Source of the DNA: Blasia pusilla
Taxonomy: Eukaryota
Reading direction: 5' to 3'
NCBI GenBank assembly: GCA_050084515.1
Contig: CM114271.1
Location: forward strand, 12,090,001-12,154,000
DNA: 64,000 bases
The notes beneath the pieces are model-generated. The model was not told the DNA's origin. It saw nothing but the letters and a program-made list of their open reading frames with translations, and ran no database searches. This document shows, in pieces, positions 37,909 to 49,434 of this stretch. Each line of letters begins with the position of its first letter. Position 1 is the stretch's first letter. The translations under genes and the position numbers were made by a program.

Positions 37909-40900
37909 AAAATTTTTTTTAACAGTCATTTTAACTTAATTTTTAATAATTTTATTAGTTAAAAAAATTTAATATAATTTTTTTCAAAATTTTCAACACG
38001 AATTTTCAAAATGAATTGGAGGGTCTCTCCAATAATAACAAGTGTGCGCCCCCCTCTCTCTAGCAACATATTTAAATACTTTAGGAGTAATGAAACATGT
38101 TGGTTTTGCAATAAAATGGCGACTTAGTGGAGTGAAATGCCGAGAATCGATGGGCTACATTTGTATATGCGATAAGGTTACATATGTAAATCGAAGTGAG
38201 ATGTGGATAAAACATTTTTGTAACAAAAAGAGTGGTGAATATGTATTTTGGAAATAAGATTCCTGCGGTTCAACGTGAGTGAATATTGAAGTAAGGTATG
38301 TAGCCACTAAAAGGTAGTGGTTCTATGGCATGTAGCCATTGGAACGTTGTGGTATTGTGGATTTGAAGTATTTTCCAAAAATGATTATTATGAAGTAAGC
38401 CTTCATAAATGGACTAGAAATACCTGGATTTAAAATAAAATAAAATTCGAAACTAAAATTTAATCATGGAAAAGAATTCATAGTTATGAAAATAATCAAA
38501 GAAAATGCATTTTTCATTTGATCACTAATATTCAAATTAAAATGATCTTATTTAAGTTCATACCATATATTTATGGTAATTTTTAAAAATCTAAAATTAT
38601 TTTTTAACCCATTTAATTTAAATTATTTTTCCCATATACTATTGGATAATTTTCAAATTCTTTTATAAATCATTTACATACATATGAGTATAATTACTAT
38701 ATAAGTCGTGAGGATATGATCGTATTGGTTTGGTAAGTCATAAAAATGAATTTAAATCAATGAAGTCATAATTTGAGTCATTTTGTACACAAGTCATTAA
38801 ATGGTGAGTTATAAAAACCAACTGTCTTATATGGATAGTTAGTCTAGATATGGCTGAGCAGAGACGAATGCGAGTGTCATCCATGCCGTGACGTCCACGA
38901 GTTAGCGCATTGCCTACAGGATCTCTAGAGGCATTGGCTGGGGATGAGATGAGGGAAGATAGGCACCCATGGACTTCTTGGGACGTCGTTCGAGTAGAGA
39001 GTGAGAAGGCAGCTAGAGTAGCATATGTTCATTTTTCAAGTGTGGAGCATGATGTGGGAGGTCAGAGAGGAGTAACTCTAGCGGAGGTGGCTAGGATTGC
39101 TACATAGAAATCAAAGCCGAAGGTTGTGTTCTCTTCGAGTGAGGTCACGATGGAGACTTGGCAGCTTGCGATAAGTCTCGAGTTGACAAAAGGAGAGAGA
39201 CGGCAGATGTATACATAGGTTTGTGAGAGGGCATGTGGGTTGTTTTGCCTGCAATATGAGAGACTTGGGTACTTTGAAGTCTCCCGCGATACGAATAGCT
39301 AGATTTGGCTAGTGATACGCCAATCTTTCGTCGATCCTACAGGTATTCTGACATGGAGCAAGCCTTGATTCTGAGTAGGAGTCAAGACTTCTGGGAGGCA
39401 GGATTGTTAGAGTTATTGCATGGGGAGTATGCGTATGCCACAATCACACCAAAAAATAAGGATATATGGCAACTAGATGGATAGATGGATGTGTGGAGAT
39501 TACCGTCCTATCAACCTAAAGATGAGGTCAGATCGGTACGCCATGCTTACTCCTGCGGAGATCTTTGATGCGGTAGGGCATGCAAAGATATTGATTACTT
39601 TAGATCTCAGTGCTGGCTATCATCAACTTCCTATTAGTGTGGAGGACAGGGAGCAGACAAGATTTTGGGGGACAGATCATATCAAGAGATATTGTTTGCA
39701 TCAGTGGCGGTTCTTAGCATTTGGGTTGAAGAACGCTCCTGTGGAGTTCCAGAGAGTGAAGGATAGGATTCTGGCTAGCTTTGATTTTGTACGATGTTAC
39801 ATAGATGATATTCTTATCTTCAATTCCTCGTCCGAGAGCATGAGCGACACCTGGAGAAGGTGTTTCAACGATTGCAGTTACATGGACTGAAGTTACATCT
39901 GGGAAAGTGCAGGTTCTTTCAAGAACAGATCGAGTACTTAGGACACACCATAGATCTAAGTGGGTTAGGTGTTCAGCTAACGAAGGTGGAGGCTATTGCG
40001 CAAATTCCATGGCCTATAGATGTGAGTCAAGTCGGAGCATTTTTAGGACTAGCAAACTTCTATCGAGGATGTGTCAAGGGTTTTAGTGCGATGGTGAAGC
40101 CTTTGAGCTTGTTGATTAGACTTTATCAAGTTTGGCATTGGGGAGATGATGAGGAGCAATCATTTTAGGAGCTCAAGGATAGGTTGATGTCCTCATCCAT
40201 TCTACAGAGATTGGTTATGGGTCGTCCATTCTAGTTACATACGGATTGGAGCATGTTGGATTAAGGAGTGATGCTTACTCGCAGAGATAACGAGGAGAGG
40301 GAGTTTTTTGTGGCTTATGTGAGTTGATCGAACAACATTGTAGAGACAAAGTACAATTCCTACAAGAGAGAGTGCTTGGCTGTAGTATGGGACGTGGCAC
40401 ATTTTAGATGCTGTCTATTCGGGAATCCTTTCACACTTATCATTGATCATCAACCGTTTAAATGGTTGATGGAGTCCGACAAGCTGATGGGGTAGCTTTC
40501 CAAGTGGACTCTATTACTACAATAGTACTAGTTTGAGATGGTTCATAGGCCAACTAGTTGGCTAATCCAAGATGCAGATATTTTGAGTCGCAACCCATGC
40601 CCGAGTCAGAGATACGACATATATAGGAGCTCGATGGCACGAAGAGAGTGATGAGGAGATGGTGCCTGCTTGGCACAAATCTGTCTTTCTTTATTGCTTG
40701 ATTATGTCAGATCAGTAGCAGGTGGTGACTTTAGTGGTGGGATCAAATGATGAGTCTCAAGATCCGGAGGTCAATAAGGAGGCGGCAAGTAGTCGTGATA
40801 TCCATGGCGATGTGCACGTGGAGGTTGTGGAGTTTCTATGGAGTGGCATCATAGCGAGCACAATGAATAATACTAGGGAGCGGGATCGGATCCTATAGAG

Positions 40901-41291
40901 AGGTTCACGTGGGAGGGAACACACATTTTACTGGTATGGGGAGATGGTAGGGTCCGAGTGGTGCCTCATCCTTCCCATCGAGGTTTCATACGCATACACA
41001 TCGCTACACAACATACATCACTGGTCACATCCACACCACACAACACCGATCTTCCCCACACACGGGTAGATCCACACATGTACAAAAATCAACTCATACA
41101 TATACATCGAGATCACACAACTCTCATGTGAAAATAAAGAGTAGTAAAAACGGCACACCCGGTCTAAAACTCCACTCCTCAATCTACATTGACATATTGA
41201 GCCTTGTCCACCCTGTGCTATCAAGAAATCCAGACGCTAGCACCTAGTCCTAACTCACACACACGAGCAAGAATGGTACTCCAACGGCCCT

Positions 41292-44200
41292 ACATGAGAA
41301 AGATGTCAAGGGGCTGGTGGGAATTCATTGTTTGCAGGTAGGCAAGCGAGTTGCCTCGGTAGGGAGCCCCTGGATATGCTGGTTGGCATTTTATTGTCGT
41401 TTTTTCGTTCAAAAAGTTGTGCGCGGAATCGCTGTTCATTTTTCTTCTTAGATCTTGCTGGTGCAGGTGAAGAGGGACAATAGCAGAGTGGGAGTCGAGC
41501 AAGAGTGCTTGGGTGCAGCGCAAAATAATGCTGGAGCGACAAGAGAAAGGTGCACAACGGGAGTATAGAGAAAGAAGCATATTGAGAGCTTGTAGCCGCC
41601 AAGGGGCTAGGGTTGCAAAGGTGTCTAGGGCTAGGGTTAGGTCGCAGGTGACGGCGAGCTGAAGCCGGGGCGGAGGCAGATGGAAGGCGGAATAGGGCGG
41701 ACAGAGCTGAGGGCGGCGAGCTACAGAGCCGTAGCCCTTGGCCGCGACCCTTCCCTTCCCTTCCACGTTACCCCCCCTCCCCCCCCACGTGGTTGGGAGC
41801 ACCATGTTCGGCGCCTTCCACATCAGAGAGACATACGTGGTACGGGGCAGACATGGTTGGTAGGAGCAGACGTGGAACGGGACAGACGTGGTCGGTAGGA
41901 ACAGATATGGTAGGAGCAGGGCGGCGGATGTATTAGGGGCCAAGGTGGACGTAGTAGGATGACATGGTAGTGGCGTGGGAGACGTGGTAGACGGGAAGCC
42001 ATGGTTGGGGTCGGACGTGTTTGAGTTGAGTTACGTAGTGGGAGAGCGTTGGTGAGACTTGGTATTTCACGAGCATGGTGGGATTTGCGACGGGAGTTTG
42101 GCACTTATTACGAGTCAGTTGGGGTTCGACTCATTAGTTCTTCACCGCTTGGGATTTGTGAGGATTGTGATGGAGACACACTTGTCGATGCTGATGGGTA
42201 GTCTGCATCCATTGATGGGAAGTTTGATGCATGTCGAGGAAAGTGTTGTGTTGCGGAAGTTGCCGTACCACATGGAGGAGTGAGTGTTGACGATGGCGTA
42301 GGTTGGAGGGCGTGATCATGTCACCCATTCGAGTCCCTTTTCCCACGCTTATCTTATATGATTGAGAGTGCTAGGTATGGGGTAGTTGTTAGGGCTAGAT
42401 GGGTGTAGCGATGGTGACGAGTGTAGTCTCCATGCATGTGTAGCATGTATGTGGATATACGGTGGTTGCCAAGTAGGGATCACCCTTTTTAGTCAAGAGT
42501 GTCGGTAGTTTAGGTGAGTTAGTTGGGAGGCTCATGGTGAGCCCGAGTGTTGAGTGTGCGTGAGGCCAGGTGTGTCATTACGGGATTACCATTAGCGTAG
42601 GTGAGCTAGTGAGGAGTGTGGGAGACTCTTGGTGAGTCTAAGTGATTGAGCGGGTGAGACAGGGTTGTCATCACGGCGTTCTTCTTGTGTTCAAAAGAAC
42701 GGGGTAGTGCGAGCAGTAGTAGTGGTGTGACACGGAGTGGAGTGAAATACCGAGGGGTTACGAGTGAGGAGCTACCTCGAATTCCAGCCATGGTTGGATC
42801 GTCATCACTGAACAACAGGTTTGGTGACGAGATCGCAGATGGAGACAATGTCACTTGGAAGGAGATGGACGACATGGGCCACCGGGGCATGCGTTGTTTC
42901 TCGGGTGCAGTGAGCACCATCGACTTAGATGACTTCATCCAAGAGTTCGACACGTGGTGCGATTTCCAGGAGATATGGACCCCGACACGGTTCAACCCTT
43001 TCATGGCATGGAAGGGATTATTCCAGCACTTGGAGGGTCTTCCGATGGATGATTACATAGAGTTCCAATCTTTATACTCTATAGAGATTGATGCCTGGAG
43101 GGTGTATTGGGCTCCACGGTATGTGTCCACTAATGGCCGCAAGGTGTATGATGGGATAGTGAGAGTGGAGAGACCTACTCCATCAGCCCAGGGACTAGAT
43201 GGAGAGGATGGCAGTGAGAGTGGTGAGATGCCAGAGACCTCACATGGTAGAGGACCATCGAGTTTCAGTCCTACGATGGAGTTCTTCTCACAGTTGGGGA
43301 GGAGCTACCAAGGCGTGTTGATAGACAAGCTGAAGAGTCTACAGGATTTTCATCGGAGATCACGTGAGAGTCTGAGGGAGGCGTTCATACGCAGGCGACG
43401 GTTGATTGTTTCCACATATGGGGTGAGTGAGGCGTAGTGAGTGCAGTATTGGTACGGGGTGTTGGATGAGGAGCTATGGAGGAGAGTTCGGGATGCGATG
43501 TTGCTTCACACAGCAAAGCCCATATTGAAGGTGATATTCGAGTTGTCTGAGTGGGTAGAGCTCAACATGAGTGAGGAGGAGGTGATGACCATGGGATTTT
43601 CATGGGATTCGACATATTGATGAGTAGGAGTAGACCCACAGGTGCCCCAGTATGCACCAATACCACGAGAGTGGGGTGGTGGGCCTAGAGAGCAGGGCGG
43701 GTATCGTGAGCCCATGAGGCAATGGTGCGTACCGACATATGTTTCCCAGTAGAGACCAAGATTGGCTTGTTGGACGTGTGGTGGGCCACATAGGCACAAA
43801 GACTGCCCAGAGCATGGTAGAGGGCCTAGGGTGCCTTCGAGTGTTCAGGAGCCACCTAGGATGGCCCCACCACAGTTGCAGTGTGATCATTGTCATCGAT
43901 ATGGTCACACTAGGGATAGGTCTTTTGATCTTCGCCAAGCGGTACGTCCAGAGGTAGGCAAAGGGCCTGGGGGCGAGAGAGTTGGTGGAGATCGAGGAGT
44001 TGATGATCGTGGTGGTAGAGTGCCATCATCACTCAGGGGAGATGGAGGACGTGCAACTGATGCAGCGCTCCTCACTCGCATCGATCAGTTGGAGCAGAGG
44101 ATTGCTGCCATGACAATGATGTAGCCAGTGATAGGCACGGAGCCGAGAGTAGTTAGTGTGGCTCCAGCCTCCACGTCGTATCAGGATACGGGGGAGGACT

Positions 44201-44420
44201 ATACGGGGTTGAGGTTTATGTGCAGTGCAACTCAGGTTGAGGCTGCTGCGGTGGTGACTTGGGGTGCTGCGAGAATAATCGAGCCATCAAGAGGTGGGGT
44301 TTAGATTGACCCACAGGAGGGGACCGATGGGTGACAGGCCAGGGTTCCCTAGTCGTTTACATTTTCAGAGGCACTACATACACCGTCGATGGTGCCTCGA
44401 CAACCAATAGTACACACGAG
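41292..44420 (+). mobile_element. Inverted duplicate of the E2 leader and gag, inside the E2 3' repeat block
   Basis: Reverse-complement homologue of ~50520-53642; gag 42673-44124 with CWTCGGPHRHKDC and CDHCHRYGH knuckles. Confidence 0.88.
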
Positions 44421-47400
44421 TAGTAAAAAAGGCACTCCACCCCTCAATCTACATCGGCATATCAAGCCTTGTCCATCCTGTGCCATCAAGGAATTTAGAC
44501 GCTAACATCTAGTCCTAACTCACAGACACGAGCAAGAATGGTACTCTAACGGCCCAACATGAGAAAGATGGCTTGGGAAAGCCATCTTCCTACCTTATAT
44601 AGGGTTGGGAAGAGCCAAAAGGCTCTTCCTCTAAAAATAGCTATCCTTATAGTAACCTACGCGCACAGGTTACCAAGGGCGGATGACCTTCTCAACAAGT
44701 CACTCGGCTGTGAAAGACCTCAACAAGAAAGTTTGTCAGAAACGACGTTCCTGACACAATGGACATATCCTCAACCTCATCTCATACCTCGGGACAAAGT
44801 TACACTCAAGACAATCCGCTGGCTCCTACGCCCTATCCACGATAGATCTCGGCCTATCAACCACTCAGATGTGACAACTATCGTGCGCATACACATTGCT
44901 ACACAACATACAGCGCTGGTCACATCCACACCACACGACACCGATCTTCCCCACACACGGGTAGATCCACACATGTGCAAAAATCAACTCATACATATAC
45001 ATCAAGATCACACAACCGCCCCCCTAGCTGGCAGTTGGACCCCCCAAACTCCAGACAAAAAATATCACATCTCCCTAACATGACTTACTACCCTATACAC
45101 ATTTCAAACATATCCATCGTCACGTGGAAACTACATCAAGAGGAGGGTCAGACATGACATATGCCACCATCGAGAACAACCATCACATGCCAACATGGTG
45201 GGTGAACCCCTTGTAGATCCGCACAACATACACCTCAAGCTTGCAAGTGCCACTGCCAAGCTCGGATCTAGTGTCCCGTCCATGTTTGTAAGGTGACATG
45301 GCGCACAATTGTGCACAAGATCCTTCCAAACCATACCATCCCATCCCTCCAACATGAGGACTCGGGTTGGTAATACCTCGTGCACACATAGGATTGTGCG
45401 CCCTACAGTGACATCTAGCGTCGTGGGTGCGACCTGTTGCACATATACATAATCTCTAAGATGAAACCTCCTAATCCTTGGACGATAACCTCCTCCACAA
45501 ATGGTTGCGTACCTCAATGTATCCCTATGCTGAGCAATAGCTAAGTTCTCAAAGGACACGAACATAACTCTACAAAAAATCTCCGCCCTCTAAGAACATG
45601 CTTGTACCCACACATCTGAATCATCAAGATCTAACACCTCTACCATGTCACGTCGAATAGTTGCAGGTAAATCTGGCTCTCTCCAAAAGAGTTAACAATA
45701 TGATGAAAATGACGTTGAGGATGCCTTTTGACTAGATAACCCATAGCCAATCAGGGCAACTGTAGGTCCCACTCCCTCAACTATCCCCGTTGCAAGCCAT
45801 ACTTGCGCAATCCTCTCTTCACCGTTTGTACTATTCTTTCCGCCAACCCATCCCCCTCAGGATGATCTCTCGATGTGATGCGGTGATCTATTAGCGCCTG
45901 ATCACACAAGGCGTGAAAATCTCCCCTGAACGCGGTACCCTAGTTAGTCAACACCTTTGCCGATGCACCAAAGTGACTAAGCACACGATCTAGAAATGCA
46001 TAAGCTGTTCTCTCGCTCGCCTTGTCTGGTAGTGCCACCAACTCTATCCACTTGGAGAAATGCTCCACCATAACCAACATGTACCTGTGATGACGCCCCG
46101 TCAAAGGCAAAGGTCCCGCGAAGTCTAAACTCTACCGATAACCTAAACCCATAATTGGTAAAGAATGTAACTGTAGAGTGGGAGCATTGAAGGATGCTTG
46201 CACTCGGTCACATACCATACATCTAGCCACAAACTGCTCTACCCTAGTATGTATGCCGCTCCACCAATACTGAACCTCGAGTAAGCTGTAAGTACGCTTT
46301 ACTCCAAAATGCCCCAACTCCTCATGGGCATGTCGCACTACACGTGCTTGCTGGGAAGGATGAGGTACCACTTGTATCCTACCATCTCCCCATACCCACA
46401 AAATATGAGTCCCCTCCCACCTGAACCCTCTGGGTCTCTATAGGATCCGATCCTCTCGCTATGACGCCAATACGCAAGAACTCCACAACCTCCACGTCGT
46501 CATGGATATTAGGACCACATGTCGCCTCCTCACTGACCTCCGGATCCAAAGACTCATCATCTGACCCCACCACTGGAGTCACCACATGCGGCTAACAAGC
46601 CATAATCAACCAACAAAGATAGGCAGATGCTTGCCAAGTGGGCATCATCTCTTCATCACTCTCTTTGTGCCATCGAGCTCCTGTGTCGTCTCTCTGACTC
46701 AAACATGGGTTACGACTCAACCCATTCGCATCTTGGTTCAGCCGACCTGGCCCGTGAAGCACCTCAAACTCATACTCTTGTAGTAATAGAGCCCACATGG
46801 TAAGCTTTCCCGTAAGCTTGTCGGACTCCATCAACCACCTCAACCGCTGATGATCAGTGATAAGTGTGAAAGGGTTGCCGAATAAATAGCTCCTGAAATG
46901 TGCCACAGCCCATACTGTAGCCGAGAACTCTCCCTTATAGGAGCTGAACTTTGCCTCTCCAATATTTTCTGATTGGCTCGCGTTAGCCACAACGAACTCC
47001 CTCTCCTCGTCATCCCTCTGAGTAAGCACAGCTCCTAGACCCAACATGCTCCAATCCGTATGTAATTGGAGTGGGCGACCCCTAATCGGTCTCTGTAAAA
47101 TAGGTGAGGACATCAACTTGTCCTTGAGCTCCTAAAATGCTTGCTCCTGATAATCTTCCCACAACCAAACCTGATCAAGTCTCGTCAACAAGGTCAAAGA
47201 CCTTGCGATCGCACTAAAACCCTTGACATACCGTTGATAGAAGTTCGCGAGTCCCATAAACGCTCGGACTCGACTCACATCTATAGGGCATGGAATTTGT
47301 GCAATAGCCTCCACCTTTGTCTACTAAACACCTAATCCACTCGGGTATATGGTGTGTCCCAAGTACTCAATCTGCTCTTGAAAGAATCTACACTTGCCTG

Positions 47401-48439
47401 GATGTAACTTCAGTCCATGTAACTGCAATCTCCAAAACACCTCCTCGAGGTGTCGCTCATGCTCCTCAACCATGGAATGGAAGATAAGAATATCATCTAT
47501 GTAACACCGAACAAAATCCAAGCTAGCCAGAATCGTATCCATCACTCTCTGAAACTCCGCAAGCGCATTCTTCAACCAAAATGGTAAGAACCGCCACTGA
47601 TACAAGCAATCTTTCCCAAACCGATCTATTCCCTAGAATGTTGTCTTCTCCCTGTCCTCCAACTTGATAGGAAGCTGATGATAGTGAGCACGAAGATCTA
47701 AAGTACTGAAGATATTTGCATGCCCTACCGCATCAAAGATCTCCTCAGGAGTAGGCATGGCGTACCGATCTGACCTCGTCTGTCGGTTGATAAGACGGTA
47801 GTCTCTACACATTTGCCTATCTGTCCAATTGCCATACATTTCCTTCTTCGCCGACATGACTGTGGCAGATGCATACTCCCCATGTGATAACTTCACAAAT
47901 CCTGCCTCCAACAAGTCATGACTCCTCCTTTGAATCAAGGCTCGCTCCATATTAGAGTACCTGTAGGGTCAACGAAAGATTGGCGTGTCACTAGCCAACT
48001 CAATCCGTATCCTGCAACCCTTCAGCGTACCCAAGTCTCTCATACTGAAGGCACAACAACTAGCTTACTCTCTGTCGCCCTCGTCGTATAAACTTGAGAC
48101 CTATCACAGGCTCCCAATTCTCCATCGTGACCTCACTCGGAGAAGACGCAACCTCCGGATTTGGTTGTTATGTAGCAACCCTAGCCACCTCCGCAACAAC
48201 CACTCCACTCTGACCCTCCTACATGATGCTCCACATAAAAAAATTAACATGTGCTACTCTGGCCGCCTTTGCAGTCTCCGCTTGAACAACGTCCCAGGGA
48301 GTCCATGGGTGCCTATCTCTCCTCGTCCCGGCCCTAGTCAATGCTTGTACAGACCCTGTAGGCAATGCTCCAACTCGTGGACGTGACAACATGGATGACA
48401 CGCACATCCGTCTCCGCTTAGCCATACCTAGGTTGATTA

Positions 48440-49434
48440 TCCATGTGAGACAGATGAGCTCCATTGCCTGCCCCAATACCTATCTTCGTGATGCCTCAAT
48501 CATACATGGCACCGCCGTAGTACCCGTAGCAAACCCCATGGTGCGCTCGCACTCATCTGTCATAGGCTCCTGCAATGTTTGAGTCACCTCATCCCAAATC
48601 ATGCCCAACCCTCCCTGACAAAAGGCATGGAATGCTAGGAAGCACACCAACATAGGTAAGGTTTCCCTCAACTCCCCCACCCTATTGGCTATTGCCAACG
48701 GTGGTCTATCATCCCGCGTCACCACCTGAGATGGACACCTAAGCCCAAAATAGCATCCAATGTGAGATGTGGTGCTCTTTGAACTCCATCATATGCTCGA
48801 CTCACTACCTATGATGGTATCAGGTTTGTCCACCATAGCCATGGATGATGGGCTGTGATCCAACTCTCGCTGCATCTAACAACACAACAGTTCCTAACCA
48901 AGACCTCACCCGATGCATACTCGTCATCACACGTGCATGAGTGTCTCCCAACAATGGCACGTTCTCCAAAATGTATGCCGGAGAACATGTTTGATTCTCG
49001 TGCAAGTGTCGCACTACTTGTAGCATCTCCCAAAATATCCCTGACCTCAGATCCTGCAATCCAAACCCTCGACCAGCTGATGAATGACCCTGACATGGCC
49101 ATCCAACAATCACCAAATGAATGGTGCCAACTCTATCCAGATCCTACGCCCCCACCAAAGAAATATCGACGGGTAGTGTATGTCGATATCCCCATACTGC
49201 AGATACCAGCAACAACTCAAGATACCTCTGGACCAATCTCGCCACATGATGTAATAATACTTGCCGCGCAGTCTCATCTCTCTCTACATAAAGGTACTGA
49301 TGCACCCGTATGCCCGCCTGCAACACTGCAGCTAATCCGGTGCTAATCCCTCCGAAGAGATGTAACACCCTAACACCCTCCTCTGGACACTTCCACACAA
49401 TGGGTGTGGTATCCAGTGGTGTCAACGTCTCCAT
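48440..49434 (-). pseudogene. E2 DNMT3-like C5 cytosine methyltransferase domain between protease and RT
   Basis: Motif I VRVLHLFGGISTG, II YLYVE, IV VGWPCQGHS, VI YILENV, VIII AHHPWLWWTNL, IX-X ECERTMGFATGTT...RR*VLGQAM. Confidence 0.9.

Noticed and set aside
48440-49434. Host DNMT3 gene or retrocopy inserted by chance
   Set aside because: Intronless, no poly(A) or TSD, and at the same position in two diverged subfamilies
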